From contig JAQBGU010000181.1 in NCBI GenBank assembly GCA_032128375.1, forward strand, positions 36,166 through 100,165: a stretch of DNA of 64,000 nucleotides, read 5' to 3'. The notes beneath the pieces were generated by a model, which was not told the origin of the DNA, did not search any database, and saw only the letters and a program-made list of their open reading frames with translations. A program made the position numbers and the translations under genes. Numbering within the stretch: the stretch's first letter is position 1; each line of letters starts with the position of its first letter. This document shows positions 9,654 to 18,642 of this stretch, one piece after another. The DNA is from Deltaproteobacteria bacterium (lineage in GTDB: Bacteria; Myxococcota_A; UBA9160; SMWR01).

Positions 9654-11204
9654 ATGTCCATCGACGCGAAGATCAAGAAACTCCAGGAGATGAACGAGCA
9701 GGCTCTCCTCGGCGGCGGCGAAGCCCGCATCGAGCGCCAACACAAATCCGGCAGGCTGACCGCTCGCGAGCGTATCGACAAACTGTTCGACGCCGGCACG
9801 TTCGTCGAGATCGATGCGTTTGTGACTCATCGTTGCACCGACTTCGGAATGGAAAAAAACAAGACGCTCGGAGATGGCGTGGTCACCGGCTACGGCAAAG
9901 TCGCCGGCCGTCAGGTCTTCGTGTTTGCGCAGGATTTCACGGTCTTCGGGGGTAGCCTGTCGGGCGCGTTCGCCGAGAAGATCTGCAAGGTCATGGACTT
10001 GTCGGCCAAGGTAGGAGCGCCGATGGTCGGGCTCAACGACGGCGCGGGCGCGCGCATCCAAGAGGGTGTCGTTTCACTGGGCGGCTACGGCGACGTGTTC
10101 TTGCGCAACGTGATGGCTTCGGGCGTGGTTCCCCAACTGTCAGCGATCATGGGGCCGTGCGCGGGAGGCGCGGTCTACTCACCAGCGATGACCGACTTCA
10201 TTGTCATGGTCAGGAACACGAGCAACATGTTCATTACCGGACCCGAGGTCATCAAGACGGTGACGCGAGAAGAAGTGACCGCCGAGGTGCTCGGTGGTGC
10301 GCTGACCCACTCGACCAAGAGCGGCGTATCGGATTTCGCGGTCGAGAGCGACGAAGAATGCATCCAGACACTCCAGGCGTTGCTGTCCTACATCCCGCAA
10401 AACAACCACGAGGATCCGCCGTTCGTTGCGACCAACGATCCGAGCGATCGGATGGCGCCCGAACTGCGTAGCTTGGTGCCGGAGTCCCCGAACAAGCCGT
10501 ACGACATCCGCGAATTGATCCACCACATCGTCGACGACGCTACGTTCCTGGAAGTGGCACCCCTCAATGCGCCCAACATTCTGGTGGGGTTTTGTCGTTT
10601 TGCTGGACGCTCGGTCGGGATCGTCGCCAACCAGCCGGCGTACCTGGCCGGTGTGCTCGACATCGGCGCGTCGAAGAAGGCCGCGCGCTTCGTGCGGTTC
10701 TGCGATGCATTCAACATCCCGCTGGTCACGCTCGTAGACGTCCCGGGCTTCCTTCCGGGCGTCGACCAGGAGCACAACGGGATCATCAAGCACGGAGCGA
10801 AATTGCTGTACGCGTACTGTGAAGCGACGGTCCCGCGCATCAGTGTGATCACGCGCAAAGCGTACGGTGGCGCCTACGTGGTGATGAACAGCAAGCACAT
10901 CCGCTCTGACGTGAACCTCGCATATCCGACCGCTGAAATCGCCGTGATGGGGCCGGAGGGCGCAGTGAACATCGTGTTCCGCAACGAGCTCACCGAAGTC
11001 GACGACCCGGAAGCCCGCCGCAAGGAACTCAGCGACGACTACCGCGAGACTTTTGCGAGCCCGTACAAAGCCGCGGAGCTCGGATACGTCGACGCCGTGA
11101 TCCAACCCGAAGAGACCCGACCTCGGATCATCTCGGCGCTGGAGATGCTGGCCAACAAGCGAGATTCCAATCCGCCGCGCAAACACGGGAATATCCCGCT
11201 GTAG
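9654..11204 (+). CDS. pccB: Acyl-CoA carboxyltransferase (PccB/MmdA family)
   Basis: [35 protein letters not shown] and C-terminal KHGNIPL. Confidence 0.93.
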   Translation: MSIDAKIKKLQEMNEQALLGGGEARIERQHKSGRLTARERIDKLFDAGTFVEIDAFVTHRCTDFGMEKNKTLGDGVVTGYGKVAGRQVFVFAQDFTVFGGSLSGAFAEKICKVMDLSAKVGAPMVGLNDGAGARIQEGVVSLGGYGDVFLRNVMASGVVPQLSAIMGPCAGGAVYSPAMTDFIVMVRNTSNMFITGPEVIKTVTREEVTAEVLGGALTHSTKSGVSDFAVESDEECIQTLQALLSYIPQNNHEDPPFVATNDPSDRMAPELRSLVPESPNKPYDIRELIHHIVDDATFLEVAPLNAPNILVGFCRFAGRSVGIVANQPAYLAGVLDIGASKKAARFVRFCDAFNIPLVTLVDVPGFLPGVDQEHNGIIKHGAKLLYAYCEATVPRISVITRKAYGGAYVVMNSKHIRSDVNLAYPTAEIAVMGPEGAVNIVFRNELTEVDDPEARRKELSDDYRETFASPYKAAELGYVDAVIQPEETRPRIISALEMLANKRDSNPPRKHGNIPL

Positions 11205-11284
11205 TTGTGGTAGTTCAATGGGTAGTTGAATTGGTGTTGAATTGGTGTTGAATTCGTAGTTGAATTGGTTGGGAATTGGTTGTG
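11201..11284. repeat. Degenerate 11-12 bp tandem repeat beginning at the pccB stop codon
   Basis: GTAGTTGTG GTAGTTCAATGG GTAGTTGAATTG GTGTTGAATTG GTGTTGAATTC GTAGTTGAATTG GTTGGGAATTG. Confidence 0.85.
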
Positions 11285-11331
11285 ACCAGGGCGTGATTCG
11301 GCGTGATACCGGTGTAGATCGGGATTGAACT

Positions 11332-13110
11332 TTGTTTGACAAGGTGCTGATCGCGAATCGAGGCGAGATCGCCGTCCGCGTGATCCGAACCTGCCGACAG
11401 CTCGGGATCGAATCTGTAGCGATCTACTCCGAGGCCGACCGCGATGCGCTGCACGTGCGCCTGGCCGACCACGCGTACCCCTGTGGCGGCGCTGCGCCGC
11501 GCGACTCGTACCTGCAGACCGAACGTGTGCTCGAGATCGCACAGCGGTCCGGCGCCGACGCGATCCATCCCGGCTACGGGTTTCTTGCAGAAAACGCTGA
11601 CTTCTCGGACCGATGTGGCCAGGTCGGGATTGTCTTCATCGGGCCGAGCGGCGACGTCATCCGAACGATGGGTGAGAAAGCGACCGCCCGTGAGCGAATG
11701 AAGGCCGCCGGAGTCCCGGTGGTACCCGGTAGCGACGGACCCATCGACGCTACAGAGGCCCAATCGTGTGCAGAGAGAATCGGATTCCCGGTGATGGTGA
11801 AGGCGAGCGCAGGCGGCGGTGGAAAGGGCCTGCGGCGCGTCGAAACTGCCGCGGAACTCGCGAGCGCGCTCGACCGCGTTCGCAGCGAAGCGCGGTCCGC
11901 GTTCGGCGATGACGCGCTGTACCTGGAGAAGTACGTCGAATCCGCGAGACATATCGAGGTGCAGTTCATCGCGGACTCGCACGGGAATGCGATCGGGCTC
12001 GGCGAGCGCGAGTGTTCCATCCAGCGCCGCCACCAGAAGCTGATCGAGGAGACGCCAGCCAACGCGGTTGGACCCAAGCTGCGCGAAGCGATGGAAGCAG
12101 CTTCGCTGGCTGCCGCTAGAGCCGTTGGTTACCGCGGGGCGGGAACCTGCGAATTTCTGCTGGGGGCAGGCGACACGTTTTTCTTCCTCGAGATGAACAC
12201 CCGCATCCAGGTCGAACACGCGATTACCGAGGCGGTGACCGGGATCGACATCGTCGCCGAAATGATCCGCGTCGCCGCCGGCGAGCCGCTTGAAATCATC
12301 GCGGTGAACCCGCAGGGCTTTGCAATCGAAACGCGGATCTACGCAGAGGATCCCGATCGCGGGTTCATGCCTTCGCCCGGGCTGATCGATGTGTATCGCC
12401 CGCCCGGGGGCGTTGGGGTCCGGGTGGACAGCGGAGTCCAAGCGGGTTCACGTGTGACCACCCACTACGACCCGCTGATTGCGAAGCTGATCACCTGGGG
12501 CCCCGACCGGCTGACTGCCGTTTCGCGCATGCAGGGCGCACTATCGGAGTTCGTGATCGGTGGGATCGCTACGTCGATCCCGTTTCATCTTCGGGCACTT
12601 CGGAATCCTGCGTTTGTCTCCGGCTGCTATACGACCGACTTCGTGGCTGAACAAACGGCCGGAGCCGCCAATTCCGCAACGACGACGTCCACCCCGGACG
12701 CGGCCGCCGCGACAACGTTGCGCGCGATCGCGTTCCGGCTCGCGGCGCTGTGGTGGATCCGACAGCGTGGGGAAGCATTGAGCGACGCCGATCAACGCTG
12801 CGAAATTCGCGAGCAACGGCCAAAGCGGAGCGCGTTCGAACCAGTCGAGGTGCGTTGTGTCGATTCCAACCACTCCTTCAGCCGATACGAATTTACGCTG
12901 GACGGCAAACTGAGCGAACTGGACATCGCCGGAGGCGAAAACGGAGCCGCCTTCTCGGTGATCGATTCGGATGCGCAGGTCGAAGCTGTCGTCGCAAAAA
13001 GGGGCAAAGGTCTCGACATCCGGACCGCAGCGGGTTGGATCCAGCTGGAAGTCCGAGAGCGGTCCGTCAGTGAACCGGCGATCGGCAATGGAGGTATCGA
13101 AGCTGGCTGA
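11332..13110 (+). CDS. accC: Biotin carboxylase with C-terminal extension but no biotinyl domain
   Basis: ANRGEIA, HPGYGFLAEN, GGGGKG, ERECSIQRRHQK and EMNTRIQVEH motifs; no MKM biotinylation motif. Confidence 0.9.
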   Translation: MFDKVLIANRGEIAVRVIRTCRQLGIESVAIYSEADRDALHVRLADHAYPCGGAAPRDSYLQTERVLEIAQRSGADAIHPGYGFLAENADFSDRCGQVGIVFIGPSGDVIRTMGEKATARERMKAAGVPVVPGSDGPIDATEAQSCAERIGFPVMVKASAGGGGKGLRRVETAAELASALDRVRSEARSAFGDDALYLEKYVESARHIEVQFIADSHGNAIGLGERECSIQRRHQKLIEETPANAVGPKLREAMEAASLAAARAVGYRGAGTCEFLLGAGDTFFFLEMNTRIQVEHAITEAVTGIDIVAEMIRVAAGEPLEIIAVNPQGFAIETRIYAEDPDRGFMPSPGLIDVYRPPGGVGVRVDSGVQAGSRVTTHYDPLIAKLITWGPDRLTAVSRMQGALSEFVIGGIATSIPFHLRALRNPAFVSGCYTTDFVAEQTAGAANSATTTSTPDAAAATTLRAIAFRLAALWWIRQRGEALSDADQRCEIREQRPKRSAFEPVEVRCVDSNHSFSRYEFTLDGKLSELDIAGGENGAAFSVIDSDAQVEAVVAKRGKGLDIRTAAGWIQLEVRERSVSEPAIGNGGIEAG

Positions 13111-14065
13111 CTCACCGCGACCGATCCTGTTCGATACCGATATCGGCAGCGATGTCGACGACGCGCTGGCGCTCGGGCTGATTCTGGCGGTACCCGAGAA
13201 ACTCTCGCTACAGGTGGTGACGACTGTGGCTGGCGACACCGCACTTCGCGCTCGGATCGCCGCGAGCTTGCTGGGCCTCGCGGGGCGCTCGGATGTCGAA
13301 GTGTGCGTCGGCGAAACCCGTCCGCTGCTCCGCTCTCCGAAGCGATTCGGTGCGTTCGGTCATGAGGCCGACTGTGTGGCGGAGACCTCGCGGGCAGCCG
13401 AGGTGAGTGACGAACCGGCACCCGAACGAATCGTTCGGGCTGCGCGCGAGACCGACGGCCTCGAGATCCTGCTCGTCGGACCGATGACGAACCTCGCTCG
13501 TGCTCTCGCTTTGGATCCGAAACTCCCGACACGCGTGGCGGGAATAACGATCATGGGTGGCCACGTCCGAGAGGTCCGCATCGGCGACTTCCTGTGCTCA
13601 CCGGGTATCGACCACAACCTGTGCTCGGACCCCGAGGCGACCGTCGCGGTGTTAGGTGCAGGATTTCAGACCACGCTAGTCAGTGCCGATGTCACGCTGT
13701 CAACCTGGCTGTCCAAGTCGAGCCTCGCCGAGCTACGCGGCGCCGGACCGCTGGCACGAGAACTCGCGCGCCAAGTCGATATCTGGGAGCCCGTCCAACG
13801 CAAGATCTTTACTCAACTCGGTGGCCAAGTGGACCCCGACAATGCCGCGTACCTCCACGATCCGCTCACGGTGCTGGCACTGATCGACGACAGCTCGCTC
13901 GCATTCGAAAGCCTGAAAATCGTCACGTCCATCGAAGCGGATGTGCTACGCACATTCGAAGTCGACGCGTCTGTTTCGATCGGTGCACCGATGCGCGTTG
14001 CGACTGGCGTCGATGCGCACGCAGCATCGAGGCAGATCGCGGCCATTCTGATCGGCGGTGGGTGA
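13088..14065 (+). CDS. Nucleoside hydrolase (inosine/uridine-preferring family)
   Basis: DTDIGSDVDD, GPMTNLA, MGG, DPEA and LHDP motifs. Confidence 0.88.
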   Translation: MEVSKLADSPRPILFDTDIGSDVDDALALGLILAVPEKLSLQVVTTVAGDTALRARIAASLLGLAGRSDVEVCVGETRPLLRSPKRFGAFGHEADCVAETSRAAEVSDEPAPERIVRAARETDGLEILLVGPMTNLARALALDPKLPTRVAGITIMGGHVREVRIGDFLCSPGIDHNLCSDPEATVAVLGAGFQTTLVSADVTLSTWLSKSSLAELRGAGPLARELARQVDIWEPVQRKIFTQLGGQVDPDNAAYLHDPLTVLALIDDSSLAFESLKIVTSIEADVLRTFEVDASVSIGAPMRVATGVDAHAASRQIAAILIGGG

Positions 14066-14120
14066 ATAGCGGCGTCATCGGACCGGTGAAGGAACGGAGA
14101 AGTTGCGCTGATCCGCGTCG

Positions 14121-14879
14121 TCAGGAGTGCACAGTGTTGGCACTGGGCGATGGTTTCTTCCGCGCACCGCCAAACAGATACGCGACGCCCACGCCGATCA
14201 GGTAGAGCAAGACCATCGGGATCGCAAGGAAGACCTGACTCACCCAATCCGGAGGTGTCAGCAGCGCTGCCGCGATGAATACACACAACACCGCGTAGGG
14301 GGTGCCGCGCAACAGTGTCGGGGCGTCGACAATGCCGGCCAGCGACAAGAAGAAGACCAGGACCGGCAGCTCGAATGCCACACCGAACGCGAGAAACAGC
14401 CGCGTTGTCAGCGCAAACACTTCGCTCATCGTCCACGCAGACTGAACGAATTCGCTGTCGAACTGGGTGAAGAAATCGAACATCAACGGGAAGACCATCG
14501 AGTAGCCGAAGAACGCTCCGCCACAGAACAGCAGCGTCGACACCAGCACGAACGGCCCGATGGCGTTGCGCTCGTTCGGATACAGCCCCGGTGCGATGAA
14601 TCTCCATGCCTGCCAGAAGAGAACCGGGAGCGCAAACATGAAGCCCGCGAGTACGGCGCACTTCAGGTAAGTGAAGAAAATTTCGGTTGGGGCGATGGCC
14701 TGGAGGGTGTGGCTCCCTTCGCCGAGCGCGGCGATGGCCGGCTTCAGAAGGTAGCCGAAGAGCAGCTCGCTGAAGTTCCAGGCGATCGCTGCGCCCAGCG
14801 CCCACGCGATCAGGATGCGGATGATTCGGGTTCGCAGCTCCGTGAGATGATCGGTGAGGGGGAGCTTTTCGTCATCCAC
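14121..14879 (-). CDS. tatC: Twin-arginine translocase TatC
   Basis: LTDHLTELRTR, FIAPGLYPNE, FELP and LTPPD motifs; GTG start overlapping the tatB stop. Confidence 0.95.
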   Translation of the reverse strand: MDDEKLPLTDHLTELRTRIIRILIAWALGAAIAWNFSELLFGYLLKPAIAALGEGSHTLQAIAPTEIFFTYLKCAVLAGFMFALPVLFWQAWRFIAPGLYPNERNAIGPFVLVSTLLFCGGAFFGYSMVFPLMFDFFTQFDSEFVQSAWTMSEVFALTTRLFLAFGVAFELPVLVFFLSLAGIVDAPTLLRGTPYAVLCVFIAAALLTPPDWVSQVFLAIPMVLLYLIGVGVAYLFGGARKKPSPSANTVHS

Positions 14880-15132
14880 CGTCGTCTGCCTTGGGCGCAT
14901 CGTGTGGCTTGACGGCGGTCGCTGCGTCGGGTCGCTCGTCAAGGTCCGGCGGCTCGACCCGAGCCGATTGCGCAACATCGAGAAACTCGCGCCGCAAGTC
15001 GTCAGAAGCGCGGCGAAATTCCGCGAGGCTCTTCCCCAGCGATCGGGCGAGTCCCGGTAGCTTCTTCGGACCGATCACCACCAAGCCGATCACCAGAATC
15101 ACCATCAGCTCTGTCATGCCGATTCCGAACAT
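14872..15132 (-). CDS. tatB: Twin-arginine translocase TatB (TatA/B family)
   Basis: MFGIGMTEL, single TM, GPKKLP amphipathic helix; directly upstream of tatC. Confidence 0.88.
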   Translation of the reverse strand: MFGIGMTELMVILVIGLVVIGPKKLPGLARSLGKSLAEFRRASDDLRREFLDVAQSARVEPPDLDERPDAATAVKPHDAPKADDGG

Positions 15133-15330
15133 CGAAGCTCCGTGAAGTCAGCGGCGCGAAGCGCCGGGCCGGGGACAATATAGCTTCGCTCGGGCAGAGC
15201 CGGTGACTCAATGCTGGCTAGCCCGGCCGCTCTACCAGAAATGCATGGGGGAGCCGCCGGCGTCAAGCCGGGACTCCCCACACGCGCCCCCGAAAATTTG
15301 CGATCGGGTCTCGCGATCCGGTCGCGGAGC

Positions 15331-15735
15331 TCAGGCCTCCGCTGTCATCTGCACACGGTTCTTGCCGGTGGTTTCACACAGCAAGTCGAGACCCATCCAG
15401 TGGCGTCCATCTCGCGAGGCCGTACACCAGACGACACGAGCGATCGATGCACCCATCGATTGTCCATCGAGACTCCGGACGTCGATTTTCAGCAGTGAGC
15501 CAAGCGACTCGGGCTGGTCGACTCCGAGGCACATGCCGAGTCCGGAGACGTCGCGGGTGAATCCAACGCGCGGTTGTTGGCTGGCGCTTTCGCGCGGGAA
15601 CGGCGTGTATTGCGCGATCCGGATCTCGTCGGCGCGAACTTCGCGGCGAACTGGAGTCGAAGCAGTGTTCCGGGCCGGAAGGTCCCGGACTCGCGTGACA
15701 GCACTCGCATCCAGCTTTGAGATTGCAGAGGTCAT
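15331..15735 (-). CDS. Single-domain PilZ protein (candidate c-di-GMP receptor)
   Basis: RxxxR (RREVR) and DxSxxG (DVSGLG) motifs, ARVVW; ATGA overlap with the HD-GYP gene. Confidence 0.8.
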   Translation of the reverse strand: MTSAISKLDASAVTRVRDLPARNTASTPVRREVRADEIRIAQYTPFPRESASQQPRVGFTRDVSGLGMCLGVDQPESLGSLLKIDVRSLDGQSMGASIARVVWCTASRDGRHWMGLDLLCETTGKNRVQMTAEA

Positions 15736-16928
15736 TCAATGGGCTCCCTTTGATCGGTGACTTGAGTGGTCTGAAGCGCATTTGCAGCGGCGTCGGCCAC
15801 GAGCTCCATGTCGATGTCGCACGCTCCAGATTCGAGAACGAACAAAAATTCTTTGGCCAGCTCTGGGTCGAACTGGATCCCGGCGAATCGCCGCAGCTCG
15901 TCGCAAACAACGTCCCGGCTCAGCGCCTTGCGATACGGCCGGTCCGAACTCATTGCGTCGAATGCGTCGACGACGCCGATGATTCGCGCCGCCAATGGGA
16001 TCTGCTCCCGCGACTGACCGTCCGGGTAACCCGAACCGTCCCACCATTCGTGGTGGTGGTGAATGGCAGATGAGATCGCGGTGGGAATCTTCAGGGGCTT
16101 GATGAGACGCGCACCGATGACCGGATGCTGCTCCACCAATGCGCGCTCAGCAGCGTCGAGCGCGCCAGCGCGCAGCAGCAGGTCGGTCGGCACACCAACC
16201 TTGCCCAGGTCGTGCAAAAACGCCGAGAAGCGGACGTGTTCCAGCTCGGTCGGATTCAGGTCGAGCCGGTCGGCGAGCAGGCTCGCGTAAAACGCGACCC
16301 GGCGGGCGTGGCCTCGCATGTAGCGATCTTTGACCTCGATGGTCTCTGCCAGCACCTCGAGAAATTCCATTGTTCCCGGCGGGTCGAAGATCGAATCGTT
16401 CGACTCGGGCGATTGACCGGATTTCTCGAACAACTCGCTGACCCGGCCCCGCATCCTCGCGCTGCGCTGCACGTCCTTGACAATCGCCAGCGCGTCGCGA
16501 TCGCGGCCAACTACATCGCCCAACGCCTCGAGAAACCCACTCAGTCGCGTCCGCGCGCCGTGCCGGTTCAATGCGCGTTCGACCGCTGCGCTGACCTGCA
16601 CTACATCGAAAGGCTTTTGGAGGTAATCGCACACGCCCGAACGAATGCCCTCCGCGGCGCTCTCGACCGTTCCGCAGCCAGTGATGATGACGATCTCGAT
16701 CTGCGGAAATTCGGCTTGTACCGTCCGCATCAGTTCCTGGCCGTGCATCCCGGGCATGTTGAGGTCCAGTGTCATCAGCTCGATGGGTTCACGGCGCAGG
16801 CACTCGAGGGCTTCGGCGCCGCTGGCCGCCTGAATGACGCGGTGTTTGGGCTCGAGGATCATGCGCAGCGAATCACGCGGGCCGCGCTCATCGTCCACGA
16901 TCAGGACACTGGCAGTACCTTGGTCCAC
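15732..16928 (-). CDS. Response regulator with HD-GYP phosphodiesterase domain
   Basis: REC (VDDE, LDLNMP, KPF); HDLGK, HHEWWDGSGYP and DAFDAM..RPYR; GTG start after AGGAGG and downstream of a sigma54 promoter. Confidence 0.9.
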   Translation of the reverse strand: MDQGTASVLIVDDERGPRDSLRMILEPKHRVIQAASGAEALECLRREPIELMTLDLNMPGMHGQELMRTVQAEFPQIEIVIITGCGTVESAAEGIRSGVCDYLQKPFDVVQVSAAVERALNRHGARTRLSGFLEALGDVVGRDRDALAIVKDVQRSARMRGRVSELFEKSGQSPESNDSIFDPPGTMEFLEVLAETIEVKDRYMRGHARRVAFYASLLADRLDLNPTELEHVRFSAFLHDLGKVGVPTDLLLRAGALDAAERALVEQHPVIGARLIKPLKIPTAISSAIHHHHEWWDGSGYPDGQSREQIPLAARIIGVVDAFDAMSSDRPYRKALSRDVVCDELRRFAGIQFDPELAKEFLFVLESGACDIDMELVADAAANALQTTQVTDQREPIE

Positions 16929-16955
16929 TTGGCCTCCTGCTGCGGGACGGGCATC

Positions 16956-16970
16956 GCAAGCGGTGTGCCA
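16956..16970 (-). promoter_or_regulatory. Sigma54 (-24/-12) promoter for the HD-GYP/PilZ operon
   Basis: Minus strand reads TGGCAC-ACCGC-TTGC, exact consensus, about 28 bp before the GTG. Confidence 0.85.
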
Positions 16971-17070
16971 GGTTCGAGTCGGCGGGCAATTTTCCTCCGA
17001 ACCGCCCGATTTCAAAGCGAAATCAGCTGGCTCGGGAGCCTACCGATCAACTGCGTGGTCGCCCTGTGGC

Positions 17071-17154
17071 CGTTCACACGCGAACGCATGGAGGATGAAG
17101 ATCGCGAACTTGGCTGACTTTAAAGGGGAAAAGCAGAGTGTTCCGAATGGAACG
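17071..17154. promoter_or_regulatory. Pair of related palindromes, candidate enhancer (UAS) sites
   Basis: CGTTC-ACACGC-GAACG (17071-17086) and TGTTC-CGAATG-GAACG (17139-17154), about 100 and 170 bp upstream of the -24 box. Confidence 0.45.
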
Positions 17155-17207
17155 CAAGGGACAGGAGGGGGAAGCTCGCGCGCCGAGGCTCTTCCAGGCG
17201 TTGCTGC

Positions 17208-17255
17208 CGGTACTTCTGTCGGTACTCCCGTCGGTACTCCCGTCGGTACTACACC
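17208..17255. repeat. 12-bp tandem repeat x4 overlapping the NtrC-like gene stop
   Basis: CGGTACTTCTGT CGGTACTCCCGT CGGTACTCCCGT CGGTACTACACC. Confidence 0.9.
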
Positions 17256-18619
17256 GGGGGTGTAATGCTGTGCCGATCCATCTTGAGCTTGAGCGATCGC
17301 CTGGTGATGCGGAGCTTGTCGGCGGCGCGAGTCTGATTCCAGTTCGCTCGCTCGAGGGCTTCGGTCAGGATCGCTTTCTCGAAGTCTGAGATTGCCTGCT
17401 CGAAACCCAGCTGACCGGATCGAATCGCATCCCGAAGGACTTCCACCCCACTTCCCCGCACGATCGCCGGCGGAAGGTCGTCTCGCCTCAGTACATCGCC
17501 CTCTGCCAGTGCGACCGCGTGCTCGATTGCGTTTTCGAGTTCTCGAACGTTACCGGGCCATGGGTAGCGCTCGAGCGCCGAGACGGCGTCGCGCGAAAGC
17601 GTTGCCGCTTGCCGTCCTGCCCGAGAGCAGGCACGAGCCAGGAAGTGCTCCGAAAGTCTCTCGATGTCGCCGCGACGCTCCACGAGCGGCGGAATTTCGA
17701 TCGGAACCACGTTGATGCGGTAGAACAGATCCGCGCGGAATCGCCCGCCCGCCACATCGCTTTCGAGATCGCGGTTTGTGGCCGTGACCACGCGGACATC
17801 CACTGCGACGGTCTCGGTGCCGCCAACCCGATCGATCTGGTGCTCCTGCAACGCGCGCAGCAGTTTCGCTTGCACACCGAATGCCAGCTCACCGATTTCG
17901 TCGAGGAACAGTGTGCCGCCCGATGCGGCCTCGAATTTACCGATGCGGCGTTCTCTCGCGTCGGTGAACGCGCCGCGCTCGTGCCCGAAGAGTTCGCTCT
18001 CGATCAGGCTCTCGGGTATCGCAGCACAGTTGACCGTTACCAGGGGTCGATCGGAACGCTTGCTGAGATCGTGGATGGCCTTCGCAACGAGTTCCTTGCC
18101 GGTTCCACTTTCGCCGCGAATCAGCACCGTCGCATGTGAACTAGCCACCCGCGTGATGGTGTGGAACAGCTGCTTCATCACGAGACTGCGGCCCAGTAAC
18201 CCGCCAAGGCGTTCGCGGTCGTCGACTTCCGCGCGCAGACGCACCACCTCGTGCTCGAGCGCGCGGTGGTTCAGCAACTGGTGGACTTTGATACGCAGCG
18301 CGTCGATTTCGAACGGTTTTGTGATGTAGTCGACCGCCCCGCGCTTCATGGCCTCTACTGCGGTTGCGATGGTCTTGGTGGCTGTCAGTACCACCACGGG
18401 CGGGGGATCGACGTGCTCGGACAATTCGGCCAGCAGGTCGAGCCCACTGGCACCTGGCATCACCAAGTCGAGCAGGATCAGATCGGGCTTGGTGTTGCGC
18501 AGGAACTCTTGGGCCTCGGCGGCCGAAGCCGCCGTCGCGACATCGCAGTCTCCCTTGAAGAGCATTCGGAGGGACTCACGAACGCCCGGCTCGTCATCGA
18601 CTACGAGTAGGCACGGCAT
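17249..18619 (-). CDS. NtrC-family sigma54-dependent response regulator (REC-AAA+-Fis HTH)
   Basis: LLDLVMP, GESGTGKE, ESELFGHERGAFTDA, LFLDEI, WPGNVREL and NQTRAA HTH. Confidence 0.95.
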   Translation of the reverse strand: MPCLLVVDDEPGVRESLRMLFKGDCDVATAASAAEAQEFLRNTKPDLILLDLVMPGASGLDLLAELSEHVDPPPVVVLTATKTIATAVEAMKRGAVDYITKPFEIDALRIKVHQLLNHRALEHEVVRLRAEVDDRERLGGLLGRSLVMKQLFHTITRVASSHATVLIRGESGTGKELVAKAIHDLSKRSDRPLVTVNCAAIPESLIESELFGHERGAFTDARERRIGKFEAASGGTLFLDEIGELAFGVQAKLLRALQEHQIDRVGGTETVAVDVRVVTATNRDLESDVAGGRFRADLFYRINVVPIEIPPLVERRGDIERLSEHFLARACSRAGRQAATLSRDAVSALERYPWPGNVRELENAIEHAVALAEGDVLRRDDLPPAIVRGSGVEVLRDAIRSGQLGFEQAISDFEKAILTEALERANWNQTRAADKLRITRRSLKLKMDRHSITPPV

Positions 18620-18642
18620 GCGGCCGGGAGACTATCAGAGGT

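Noticed and set aside
17249..18619. GAFTDA instead of GAFTGA as a sign of an inactive activator
   Set aside because: GAFTDA is a common natural variant and all other motifs are intact.
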